61,531 bases of DNA from Thermoleophilaceae bacterium (GCA_035947555.1 DASZJZ010000081.1:1-61531), one strand, 5' to 3'; numbered from the stretch's first letter, positions 17,238 through 26,093 are shown. Numbers and translations are program-made. The notes: generated by a model not told the origin, from the sequence alone.

Positions 17238-17301
17238 CGTCCAGTCGAAGGGAAGCACGCGCTCGGACACAGCAGCGCCCTGGTGAGGCAATCTGTCCGG
17301 C

Positions 17302-17673
17302 ATGGATGAGGCGACAGTCAGGGCGATGCTCGAGCAGCACTTCACGAGCAGCGATCCCCTCCGCAGTCACGAGATGTACCACGACGACGCCGTCCTCGAG
17401 TTCCCCCAGTCCGACGAGCGCTTCGAGGGTGTCGAGAACCTCCGCGAGTGGAGAAGCAGCTATCCGGCGGAGACCCGCGTCGAGTTCCGCGAGATCAGGG
17501 GAAGGGACGGTCTCTGGGTGGCGGAGCTCTCGATCCGCTACGACCAGGGCGCTGCGAACTTCGGGGTCAGCATCCTCGAGTTCCGAGGCGACAAGATCGC
17601 GCGCGAGACGATCTACGTCACAGAGGGCTGGGAGGCCCCGGAGTGGCGCGCGCAGTGGAGAGCCGCGCCGTAG
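17302..17673 (+). CDS. NTF2/SnoaL-like domain protein
   Basis: 123 aa. MDEATVRAMLEQHF...MYHDDAVLEFPQSDERFEG...ILEFRGDKIARETIYV, a typical SnoaL_2-like pattern. Confidence 0.65.
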   Translation: MDEATVRAMLEQHFTSSDPLRSHEMYHDDAVLEFPQSDERFEGVENLREWRSSYPAETRVEFREIRGRDGLWVAELSIRYDQGAANFGVSILEFRGDKIARETIYVTEGWEAPEWRAQWRAAP

Positions 17674-17941
17674 AGGATGGTTCTTGCGTCGCCGGTCATG
17701 ACGAGGGCCGCCTCGGAGGCGGCGGGGAGTGCGCCTCCAGTCGGCGGCCCGGGTCGTGCTGCCTTTGGCGACCCTCGGCCGGATGGGTTCGTGCCCCCCG
17801 GCGGGGGCGGCGGCCGGCCGGGCACCAGACCCGGTCCACGGCCCCACGGTGCGCCCGTCCGGCCCAGGTCGCCGTCAGCTGTGTAATCGGTCGTCCGTCA
17901 TGGTGGTTGTCGGTCTGACCTCCTTTGCCTGAGCAGCCCGC

Positions 17942-18403
17942 TCAGCCGGTTGCGGTCTCGAGCTGACGGGCGCCGTTTGCCTTTCCCGCCGTGATCTCGA
18001 CCCGCCTCGGCTTGAGGTTCTCGGGCTTGGGGATTCGCAGGGTCAGCACGCCGGCGTCCAGCGAGGCCTCGATCGCGTCGGGGTTGAGCCCGCGTGGCAC
18101 CTGCAGGCTGCGCTCGAACTTGCCGAAGCCGCGCTCGATTCGCTGCCAGGCCCGGCCGTCGCCGTTGCCCACGTACGGGTGATTGCGCTCGCCGCGCACC
18201 GTCAGCACGTCGTTCTCGAGCTCGATCTCGAGGTCGTCGACCTTGAGCCCGGGCACGTCCATCGTCACCATCACGTCCTCGTCGGTCACGACGACATCGG
18301 CTGCGGGGATGTAGCCGGCGAGGCTCCCGTTGCGGCCGAACAGGCGGTCGATGTCGCGCGAGAGCTGGAACAGCGGCGCGAAGGGCTCGGTCAGCATCGT
18401 CAC
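17942..18403 (-). CDS. Hsp20/alpha-crystallin family small heat-shock protein
   Basis: 153 aa. ACD pattern PAADVVVTDEDVMVTMDVPGLKVDDLEIELENDVLTVRGER...FERSLQVPRGLNPDAIEASLDAGVLTLRIPK. Confidence 0.9.
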   Translation of the reverse strand: MTMLTEPFAPLFQLSRDIDRLFGRNGSLAGYIPAADVVVTDEDVMVTMDVPGLKVDDLEIELENDVLTVRGERNHPYVGNGDGRAWQRIERGFGKFERSLQVPRGLNPDAIEASLDAGVLTLRIPKPENLKPRRVEITAGKANGARQLETATG

Positions 18404-18409
18404 GAGTCA

Positions 18410-19411
18410 TCACCTCCCGTCATCCACGTTGGCGGTTGACGTCTCCTCGCTCGTGGGACTAGGCGCCCAGCCGTCGCTGTCAAGGCCCGCTCCGGCGCGG
18501 AGCTTGCCGACCGCGCGGCGCTCGAGCTGACGCACTCGCTCCGCGCTCAGCCCGAGCCGAGCTGCTATCTCGCGCAGGCTCTGCTCGGGTCCGTCGAGAC
18601 CGTGGTGCGCGCTCAGGATGTGCCGCTCGCGGTCGCTGAGGCCGCTGAGCAGACCGCGCAGCTCCTCGCCCGCGACCTGCGCGACGACGCGCTCGTACTC
18701 GTCCTCCGCGAGCGGGTCGCTGAGCAGCTCCCCGAAGCTACCCACCGCCTCGTCGGGGTCGCCGCCCGGCGAGCTTTCGAGCGAGCGCGCCGGGCGCTCC
18801 GTGGCCAGCAGGTTGTCCACCTCCTCCAACTCCACGCCCGAGGCGGCCGCCAGCTCGTGCGGGGTCGGCTCGCGTCCGTGGACGTTGAGGTGCGTGGCGT
18901 GAGCGCCTCTCAGCCGTGCCAGCTGACGCAGGGCGTGATCGGACAGGACGACCGGACGTGTGAGCTCGGCCACGAGCTGTTGCATCGCCTGGCGAACCCA
19001 CCAGGAGGCGTAGCTCCAGAAGGGCAGACCCCTCTCCGGGTCGAAGCGCTCGAGTGCCCGCAGCAGACCCACCACGCCCTCCTGCATCAGCTCCACCCTC
19101 TCGACCCCGCCCTGGCTCCGGTAGACGCGGGCAACGCTCCCGATCGCCGGCAGGAAGGCCTCGACCAGCTGGGCGCGGGCGCGCGGGTCACCGCGCTGGG
19201 CGTCCGCGATCAGGTTGCGCTCGACCTCGGCTGGGAGTCGTGGTCTGCGGCCGAGCTCATCGAGATAGCGGCCGACCGTCCCCCGGTGGCGCGGCGGGGG
19301 TCCTCCCAGCCTTTCGCTGAGCTCGCTGTCACGCAGCCGTGCCTGCCGTGCCTCGGCCTCCAGCGCCTCGGTCTCTGCGCTGGCTAAGACGTGCTCCTCG
19401 CTACCGCCCAA
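18410..19411 (-). CDS. sigma-70 family RNA polymerase sigma factor (regions 2-4, RpoD/SigB-like)
   Basis: LVEAFLPAIGSVARVY...LMQEGVVGLLRALERFDPERGLPFWSYASWWVRQAM (region 2) and LSDRERHILSAHHGLDGPEQSLREIAARLGLSAERVRQLERRAVGKLR (region 4). The stop is 6 nt from the hsp20 start. Confidence 0.85.
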   Translation of the reverse strand: MGGSEEHVLASAETEALEAEARQARLRDSELSERLGGPPPRHRGTVGRYLDELGRRPRLPAEVERNLIADAQRGDPRARAQLVEAFLPAIGSVARVYRSQGGVERVELMQEGVVGLLRALERFDPERGLPFWSYASWWVRQAMQQLVAELTRPVVLSDHALRQLARLRGAHATHLNVHGREPTPHELAAASGVELEEVDNLLATERPARSLESSPGGDPDEAVGSFGELLSDPLAEDEYERVVAQVAGEELRGLLSGLSDRERHILSAHHGLDGPEQSLREIAARLGLSAERVRQLERRAVGKLRAGAGLDSDGWAPSPTSEETSTANVDDGR

Positions 19412-19649
19412 CGGCCATGCGCTCGATGCCCGCCAGCGGCGGCTGAAGCGGATCGCTCACCCACACCGGCGCCTGCTCGGCGCCGGGCGCCGCGCTCGAG
19501 GTCACTTCCGGCCCGCCCGGGCCGCCCCCGGAGAAGGTGTTGAGGTCGACCTCGGAGAGGCCGGGCGCCAGTGCCGCCATCAGCGCCAGGAAGAACACTG
19601 CCACGAGCGCGAGCAGCGGCCCGCGCTGGAAGTGCAGAGTCGCGTTCAT
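19401..19649 (-). CDS. small single-pass membrane protein (possible anti-sigma/regulatory partner)
   Basis: 82 aa with an N-terminal TM helix (GPLLALVAVFFLALMAALAP). The 3' end overlaps the sigma-factor start by 11 nt. No family recognised. Confidence 0.4.
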   Translation of the reverse strand: MNATLHFQRGPLLALVAVFFLALMAALAPGLSEVDLNTFSGGGPGGPEVTSSAAPGAEQAPVWVSDPLQPPLAGIERMAVGR

Positions 19650-19770
19650 GTGACCTCCTTCCTGTCGGGATCCTCACCGCTGTTAATAGGTGTGAGCCGG
19701 CAGGCGCCAAGGCACCGACCCCGCAGAACCTTGACAGCCGCCGCTCGGGGGACGGAGGATTGCGCTTCCC

Positions 19771-20253
19771 ATGGCGATCGACTACTTCCTCAGGATCGAC
19801 GGCATCCCGGGCGAGAGCGCGGACTCGAAGCACAAGGGGGAGATCGACGTCGAGGCCTGGTCGTGGGGCGAGTCCAACACGGGCGGGGGCGGGCCCGGCG
19901 GCGGCGGTGGCGCCGGCAAGGTGAACATGCAGGACTTCAGCTTCACCGCCAAGGTCTCGAAGGCCAGCCCGGCCCTCATGCTCGCCTGTGCTTCCGGCAA
20001 GCACCACAAGGGCGCCGTCCTGACCGCTCGCAAGTCCGGCAAGCCGGCGGCCGAGTTCCTCACCTTCTCCCTCTCCGACATCCTCGTGTCCTCCTACCAG
20101 ATCGGCGGTGCCGAGGGCGAGGTCGTCCCGATGGACTCGTTCACGCTCAACTTCACGAAGATCCAGGTGGAGTACAAGCCGCAGAAACCGGACGGCACGC
20201 TCGGGCCGCCGATCAAGGCCGGCTGGGACCTCCAGACGAACACGAAGCTCTAA
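19771..20253 (+). CDS. hcp: Hcp1/TssD family protein (type VI secretion tube-protein fold), orphan
   Basis: 160 aa. MAIDYFLRIDGIPGESADSKHKGEIDVEAWSWGESNTG... is the canonical Hcp N-terminus. GGAGGA RBS lies 11 nt upstream. Confidence 0.8.
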   Translation: MAIDYFLRIDGIPGESADSKHKGEIDVEAWSWGESNTGGGGPGGGGGAGKVNMQDFSFTAKVSKASPALMLACASGKHHKGAVLTARKSGKPAAEFLTFSLSDILVSSYQIGGAEGEVVPMDSFTLNFTKIQVEYKPQKPDGTLGPPIKAGWDLQTNTKL

Positions 20254-20262
20254 GCGGCGGGC

Positions 20263-21777
20263 GTGACCGCCGCGCCCCGCACCCAGCGGGCCTCGCCTTA
20301 CGACGTCGTTCCGTATCCGGGTCATCCGTTCCCGCAGACCCACCCCGACCGCCTGGCCACGCTCGGCACGCTGTTCCGGATCGACCCGCCGCCGCTCGCG
20401 TCCTGCCGGGTGCTCGAGCTCGGCTGCGGCGATGGCGGAAACCTCGTCCCGATGGCGGTCACCCTGCCCGGCGCCCGGTTCCTCGGCATCGACGCCTCGG
20501 AGCGTGCGATCGCCCGCGGCCGTGCGCTCGTGGAGGCGCTCGGCCTGACCAACGCGACGCTCGAGGCCGCCGCGATCGAGCAGCTCGAGCCGCCGCCCGA
20601 GCGCTTCGACTACGTGATCGCCCACGGGGTCTACTCCTGGGTCGAGGAGCCGGTGCGCGATCGGCTGCTCGAGCTCTGCCGCGCGGTCCTCGCCGACCGG
20701 GGCGTCGCCTACGTCAGCTACAACGCCCTCCCCGGAGGACGGCTGGCGGCGGCGCTCCGCGACATGCTCGTGTTCCACACCGGCGGGATCGAGGACGCGG
20801 CGGAGCGCATCGAGCAGGCGCGGGCGCTGCTCAGCCTGCTCGCCGGCAGCTGGTCGGACGGGCACGAGTTCGGCGCCGTCATGCGGCGCCAGGCCGAGCG
20901 GCTGCTCGAGCGAAGCGACGAGACGCTCTTCCACGACCAGCTGGCCGCGGTGAACCAGCCGGTGTACTTCCACGAGTTCGTCGCCCACGCCTCACGCCAC
21001 GGCCTCCAGTACCTCGCCGAGGCGGACTTCTTCGAGATGCAGACGGGCGTGCTTCCCGAGGCGGTGTCCGGTGAGCTGCTGCAGATCGAGGACCCGATCC
21101 GTCGCGAACAGTACCTCGACTTCGTCAAGGGACGCATGTTCCGGCAGACGCTGCTCTGCCGCGCCGAGCTGGAGGTCGACCGCAGCCCGCAGCCGCTGGT
21201 GCTCGAGTCCCTCGCGGTTTCATCGCCGGCGCAGCCAACCGGTGACCCGGACGCAGCGGGCCGGGTCACGTTCGAAGGGCCGAGCGGCGCCACCCTGACC
21301 ACCGACCACCCGCTCGTCATCCAGGCGCTGCAGCGCGTTCGTGCGAGCTGGCCCGCCGCCGTGTGGGTGCGCGAGCTGGTCCCGGAGGGGGCGAGCGGCG
21401 AGGACCGCGGGGCCGTCTGCGGCGCGCTGCTGCGCTGCTACGCCGGGAACCTCGTCCAGCTCCACACCGCGCCGCCCCCGCTCGCCACCTCTGCCGGCGA
21501 CCGGCCCGAGGCCAGCCCGCTGGCCCGCCACCAGGCGCGCTCGGGCGAGCTCGTGACCAACCTCCGCCACACCAGCGTACGGATCGAGGACGACCTCGGC
21601 AGGCGGCTCGTCAGCCTGCTCGACGGAACACGCGACCGCGCGCAGCTCCTCGACGACCTGAGGGCCTTCCTGCGGGAGGCCGGCCGCACCGTGCCCGGCG
21701 ACCTCGGCGCCGGCCTCGACCGCAGCCTGGAAGGCCTGGCCGGGCTCGCGCTGCTGCGCACGAGGCCCTGCCCGTGA
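20263..21777 (+). CDS. class I SAM-dependent methyltransferase with C-terminal 'methyltransferase regulatory' type domain
   Basis: 504 aa. Motif I VLELGCGDGGN, FDYVIAHGVYSWV. The long C-terminal extension (FHEFVAHASRHGLQYLAEADF...) matches what I remember of the MethyTransf_Reg architecture. Confidence 0.75.
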   Translation: MTAAPRTQRASPYDVVPYPGHPFPQTHPDRLATLGTLFRIDPPPLASCRVLELGCGDGGNLVPMAVTLPGARFLGIDASERAIARGRALVEALGLTNATLEAAAIEQLEPPPERFDYVIAHGVYSWVEEPVRDRLLELCRAVLADRGVAYVSYNALPGGRLAAALRDMLVFHTGGIEDAAERIEQARALLSLLAGSWSDGHEFGAVMRRQAERLLERSDETLFHDQLAAVNQPVYFHEFVAHASRHGLQYLAEADFFEMQTGVLPEAVSGELLQIEDPIRREQYLDFVKGRMFRQTLLCRAELEVDRSPQPLVLESLAVSSPAQPTGDPDAAGRVTFEGPSGATLTTDHPLVIQALQRVRASWPAAVWVRELVPEGASGEDRGAVCGALLRCYAGNLVQLHTAPPPLATSAGDRPEASPLARHQARSGELVTNLRHTSVRIEDDLGRRLVSLLDGTRDRAQLLDDLRAFLREAGRTVPGDLGAGLDRSLEGLAGLALLRTRPCP

Positions 21778-23330
21778 GCGGACGTCTTCGGCTCGCAGAC
21801 CTGCTCGGCGGCCTGTCGATAGCGGCCGACCTCGGGTTCGGGCTGCCGCCGGAAGAGGCGATGCGGTCGTGCCTCATCGCGACCGCGCTGGCCCGGGAAC
21901 GGGGATCGCCCGAGGACGAGGTCGCGGACAGCTTCTACGCGGGGCTGCTGATGCACCTCGGCTGCAGCGCGCTCTCGCACGAGACCGTCGCCGCCTTCGG
22001 GGACGACCGCGGCGTCCTGGCCCTGGTGGCCCGGACGAACGTGGCCGACCCGGATGACATCGCCGCCACGGTGCTCCCAGCGCTGATGCGCGGTCTCGGC
22101 GCGGCGGAGCAAGCGAGGATGGAGCACTACCTGGCGAGCGAGGGCAGGGACTTCGGCCGCCGCTTCGACACCGGCAGCTGCGAGGTGGCGAGCGCGACCG
22201 CGAGGCGCGTCGGGCTCGGGCCGGGCGTCCAGCGCGCCCTGCGCGAGGCGGTGGAGTGGTGGAACGGCGAGGGTCCCCCGCTCGGACTCGCCGGAGAGGA
22301 GATCTCGCTTCCGGCCCGCATCGCGCGCGCGGCCTCCGACGCGGCTCGCTTCGATCACATCGGCGGCCGCGAAGCCGCCGTCGAGGCGCTGCGGCGCCGC
22401 TCCGGCGTGATCCTCGACCCGGAGGTCGTGGGGCTGTTCGCCGCCAGGGCCGACCGCGTGCTGGCCCAGGCGCACGCCGGCGATCCGCGGGAGATGCTGC
22501 TCGACGCGGAGCCCGAGCCGGTCATCGAGATCGACTCGGCGGAGCTGCCCCGGGTGGCGTCCGCATTCGGGGACCTCGCCGACATGAAGACGCCGTTCAC
22601 CCATGGCCACTCGAGCGGGGTCGCGCAGCTGGCGAACGGCGCGGCCGAGAAGCTCGGCCTCGACCGGCAGACTACCTCGAGGCTGCAGGTCTCCGCGCTG
22701 CTCCACGACCTCGGCCGGGTTGCGGTGTCCAACGCCATCTGGGAGAAGCCGGGCCCGCTCACCGGCGCCGAGTGGGAGCAGGTGCGCACGCACCCGTACC
22801 GCTCCGAACGGATCCTGGCCACGTCCACCGCGCTCGAGCCGATGGCCCGAGTGGCCGGCATGCACCACGAGCGGCTGGACGGGTCCGGCTATCACCGCTG
22901 CTGCCGCGCCCGTGAGCTCCCGGCTGCCGCGCGAGTGCTGGCCGCCGCGGATGCGTTTCAGGCGATGACCCAGGTCCGGCCCCACCGCCCCGCCCTCAGC
23001 GCGGAACAGGCCGCAGAGGAGCTCGAGCGCGAGGCGCACGCGGGCCGGCTCGACCCCGACGCCGCCACAGCGGTCCTCGAGGCCGCGGGGTGGCGGCGGG
23101 CGCGCCGCCGCGACAAGCTCCGGCCGGGCGGCCTCAGCGAGCGCGAGGTCGAGGTCGCGCGCCTGGTCGCCGCGGGCTGCTCGAACCCCGAGATCGCGGA
23201 CCGGCTCGTCATCTCACGACGAACGGCGGAGCACCACGTGCAGCACATCTACGCGAAGGTGGGCGTCTCGAGCCGGGCCGGCCTCGCCCTGTTCGCCCAC
23301 GAGCACGAGCTCATCTCCACGGCGACCTGA
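21774..23330 (+). CDS. HD-GYP-like phosphohydrolase domain protein fused to LuxR-type HTH
   Basis: GTG 21774 overlaps the MTase stop (GTGA). HGHSSGVAQL, LLHDLGRVAV, GMHHERLDGSGYHR (GYH instead of GYP). C-terminal LSEREVEVARLVAAGCSNPEIADRLVISRRTAEHHVQHIYAKVGV. Confidence 0.8.
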   Translation: MSGRLRLADLLGGLSIAADLGFGLPPEEAMRSCLIATALARERGSPEDEVADSFYAGLLMHLGCSALSHETVAAFGDDRGVLALVARTNVADPDDIAATVLPALMRGLGAAEQARMEHYLASEGRDFGRRFDTGSCEVASATARRVGLGPGVQRALREAVEWWNGEGPPLGLAGEEISLPARIARAASDAARFDHIGGREAAVEALRRRSGVILDPEVVGLFAARADRVLAQAHAGDPREMLLDAEPEPVIEIDSAELPRVASAFGDLADMKTPFTHGHSSGVAQLANGAAEKLGLDRQTTSRLQVSALLHDLGRVAVSNAIWEKPGPLTGAEWEQVRTHPYRSERILATSTALEPMARVAGMHHERLDGSGYHRCCRARELPAAARVLAAADAFQAMTQVRPHRPALSAEQAAEELEREAHAGRLDPDAATAVLEAAGWRRARRRDKLRPGGLSEREVEVARLVAAGCSNPEIADRLVISRRTAEHHVQHIYAKVGVSSRAGLALFAHEHELISTAT

Positions 23331-23383
23331 AGATGGGCAGACCTACCGATGCGGGGCGGACCCCCGGGAGCGACGCTGGTCGC

Positions 23384-24217
23384 ATGACTCACTCGACCAA
23401 CACCATCCAGCTCTCAACCGGCGTCACGCTCCCCTACGTGGAGCAGGGCGATCCCTCCGGGATCCCCATGATCCTGCTCCACGGCTACAGCGACTCGCTC
23501 CGCTCGTACGACCTGATGCTGCCGCATTTGCCGGACGCGATCCACGCCTACGCCCTCACCCAGCGGGGTCATGGCGACGCCGACAAGCCGGCCCGCGGCT
23601 ACCGGCCCGAGGACTACGCCGCCGACGTGGCGGCTTTCCTGGACGCCGCCGGCATCGAGGCGGCGCTGATCGTCGGGCACTCGGGCGGCAGCTATGCGGC
23701 ACAGCGCTTCGCGGTCGACTACCCCGACCGCACCCTGGGGGTCGTCCTGATCGGCACCTTCCATAGCTTCGACGGCAATCCGGCCGTGGACGAGCTCCAG
23801 GAGGCGGTCGTCCACCTCACCGACCCGGTCGACCGCGCGTTCGCGCGCGAGTTCCAGGAGAGCTGCGTGGCCCGGCCGGTCCCCGCCGCCTTCCTCGAGG
23901 CGATCATCGACGGCAGCGCGCGGATGCCGGCGCGCGTATGGAAGGCCTGGCTTGAGGACACCCTTGCGGCCGACGCCCCCACCCAGACCGGCAGCATCTC
24001 GGCGCCGACTCTGATCATGTGGGGCGATCAGGACGCCTTCTGCCCCCGCAGCGACCAGGACGCGCTGCTGGCGGCGATCCGGCGGTCCCGTCTTTCGACC
24101 TATGAGGGGACGGGCCACTGCCCCCACTGGGAGCAGCCCGCGCGTTCGGCGGCCGAGATCGCCGCCTTCGCAGCCGCCGCGGCCTCGCAGCGTGACGAGC
24201 TCGCGGACGTGATTTAG
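23384..24217 (+). CDS. alpha/beta hydrolase
   Basis: MTHSTNTIQLSTGVTLPYVEQGDPSGIPMILLHGYSDS...IVGHSGGSYAA (nucleophile elbow GHSGG)...GTGHCPHWEQP. Confidence 0.8.
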   Translation: MTHSTNTIQLSTGVTLPYVEQGDPSGIPMILLHGYSDSLRSYDLMLPHLPDAIHAYALTQRGHGDADKPARGYRPEDYAADVAAFLDAAGIEAALIVGHSGGSYAAQRFAVDYPDRTLGVVLIGTFHSFDGNPAVDELQEAVVHLTDPVDRAFAREFQESCVARPVPAAFLEAIIDGSARMPARVWKAWLEDTLAADAPTQTGSISAPTLIMWGDQDAFCPRSDQDALLAAIRRSRLSTYEGTGHCPHWEQPARSAAEIAAFAAAAASQRDELADVI

Positions 24218-24253
24218 CGTTCCCCGTACCGCGCCCCCACAGAGAGGAGCCCC

Positions 24254-25204
24254 ATGAAGTACCGCGACCAGCTGCCCCAGCTCGGCGGCGAGCTGTTCCT
24301 CACCGACGGCGGGATCGAGACCGTGCTGATCTTCCACGAGGGGCTCGACCTGCCCGCGTTCGCAGCGTTCGGCCTGCTCAAGGACGGGGACGGGACCGAC
24401 CGGCTGCGCAGCTACTACACGCCCTACGTGCAGCTGGCGCGCGAGCGCGGCGTGGGCTTCGTGCTCGAGAGCCCGACCTGGCGCGCCAGCCCGCGCTGGG
24501 CGGCTGAGCTCGGCTACGACCGCGAGCAGCTCGACGTTCTCAACCGCAAGGCAATCGCGCTGCTCGAGCAGATCCGCGCTGAGCACGAGCAGGGCGGCCC
24601 GCCGCTCGTGATCAGCGGCTGCATCGGCCCGCAGGACGACGGCTACAACCCGACCGAGCTGCTGTCCGCGGAGGCGGCGCAGGAGTACCACTCGACGCAG
24701 ATCCGGACCTTCGCGGACACCGCCGCCGACATGGTCACCGCGATCACGATGACCTACGCCGACGAGGCGATCGGGATCGTCCGGGCGGCGGCGGCGGCGG
24801 GCATGCCCGCGGCCATCTCGTTCACCGTCGAGACCGACGGCCGCCTGCCGAGCGGCCAGGCGCTCGGCGAGGCGATCGAGCAGGTCGATCGCGAGACCGG
24901 CGAGAGCCCGAGCTACTACATGATCAACTGCGCCCACCCCACGCACTTCACCTCCGTGCTCGAGGAGGGCGACGGCTGGCGCGAGCGTATCCGCGGGCTG
25001 CGGGCGAACGCATCCACCATGAGCCACGCGGAGCTCGACGAAGCGGAGGAGCTCGACGACGGCGATCCCGCCGACCTGGGCGCCCGCTACGCCGCCCTGC
25101 GCGAGCAGCTGCCCCGCCTGTGCGTGCTGGGCGGCTGCTGCGGGACCGACCACCGGCACGTCGCGGAGATCCGCGACGCGTGGCTGGCCAGGGCGGCTGG
25201 TTAG
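24254..25204 (+). CDS. homocysteine S-methyltransferase family protein
   Basis: 316 aa. LFLTDGGIETVLIF, ESPTWRASP, C-terminal Zn-ligand motif LGGCCGTDHRH. RBS GAGAGGAG upstream. Confidence 0.85.
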   Translation: MKYRDQLPQLGGELFLTDGGIETVLIFHEGLDLPAFAAFGLLKDGDGTDRLRSYYTPYVQLARERGVGFVLESPTWRASPRWAAELGYDREQLDVLNRKAIALLEQIRAEHEQGGPPLVISGCIGPQDDGYNPTELLSAEAAQEYHSTQIRTFADTAADMVTAITMTYADEAIGIVRAAAAAGMPAAISFTVETDGRLPSGQALGEAIEQVDRETGESPSYYMINCAHPTHFTSVLEEGDGWRERIRGLRANASTMSHAELDEAEELDDGDPADLGARYAALREQLPRLCVLGGCCGTDHRHVAEIRDAWLARAAG

Positions 25205-25343
25205 TACGCGGGCGCGCTCGGCGCGTTCCCCCACCGGCTGGGGCTAGCCGCACCCGCCGACACCGGCTGGCCCCAGTGTCCGAGCGTCTCGGGCCTGAGA
25301 CCGTTGGCTACGTCACCACTAGCCAACCAGATCAGAGGGAACG

Positions 25344-26093
25344 ATGACCGAGCAGACCACCTACAACCAACCGAAGCGCTCGCGCGGGGCGCGGATCGCG
25401 CTGATCGTGACCGGGGCCGTGACCGGCCTCTTGGCCGCCGGCCTGCTGGCCGTCGGCGGCGCGGCGCTCTGGGGCGACTCCGAGAAGGACGCCGACGGAT
25501 ACCTGTCGACGGACACGCACCATTTCGACGTCGGCAGCCATGCCCTAGCGAGTGAGAGCCTCGACGTGGACCTGGACGGAGCCGAATGGCTGATGGACTC
25601 CGAGGACTTCGGCGAGGTGCGCCTGGACGTCGAGCCGGAGAGCGACGAGCCGGTGTTCGTGGGCATCGCCCCGACGGACGAGGTTTCGCGGTACCTGCGC
25701 GACGTGGCCCACACGTCGGTGAGCGACGTCGACTCCTGGCCCTTCGAGAACGACTACGAGGAGCGCCCGGTCGCGGGTGATCGGACGCCCGCACGCCCGG
25801 GGCAGCAGTCCATCTGGGCGGCATCCGCCCAGGGCGCCGGTTCGCAGACGCTCAAGTGGGACGTGCAGGACGGCGACTGGTCCGTGGTCGTCATGAACGC
25901 CGACGGATCGGCCGGGGTGGACGCCGGCGTCAAGGCCGGGGCGAAGGTCCCGTTCCTGTCGGAGCTCGGCTGGTCGGCCACCGGCACCGGCGCGTTCCTC
26001 CTGATCGCAGCGGCGGGACTGCTCGTGCTGGGCATCCGGACGCCCCGCAACCGGCACGGCGCCGGGACGGGCCTGGCGCCCGCCGCCGCCTGA
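25344..26093 (+). CDS. hypothetical membrane protein (N- and C-terminal TM helices, acidic central domain)
   Basis: 249 aa. TM helices IALIVTGAVTGLLAAGLLAVGGAAL and GTGAFLLIAAAGLLVLGI. Protein-like composition, no family recognised. Confidence 0.6.
   Translation: MTEQTTYNQPKRSRGARIALIVTGAVTGLLAAGLLAVGGAALWGDSEKDADGYLSTDTHHFDVGSHALASESLDVDLDGAEWLMDSEDFGEVRLDVEPESDEPVFVGIAPTDEVSRYLRDVAHTSVSDVDSWPFENDYEERPVAGDRTPARPGQQSIWAASAQGAGSQTLKWDVQDGDWSVVVMNADGSAGVDAGVKAGAKVPFLSELGWSATGTGAFLLIAAAGLLVLGIRTPRNRHGAGTGLAPAAA

Noticed and set aside
17875-17924. 8-codon mini-ORF (MTDDRLHS) on the minus strand downstream of hsp20, with an AGGAGG upstream
   Set aside because: The AGGAGG is 17 nt from the ATG, which is too far. 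The ORF is tiny and nothing follows it on that strand, so it is probably chance.
19731-19736. TTGACA hexamer as the hcp -35 element
   Set aside because: At the expected -10 distance the sequence is the GGAGGA ribosome-binding site rather than a TANNNT box, so I do not call it a promoter. It is mentioned only as context.
19384-20988. 534-aa minus-strand ORF and 480-aa plus-strand ORF (19632..21074) across hcp and the methyltransferase
   Set aside because: No family signatures and R/G/A/P-rich. They conflict with the clear Hcp and SAM-MTase frames.
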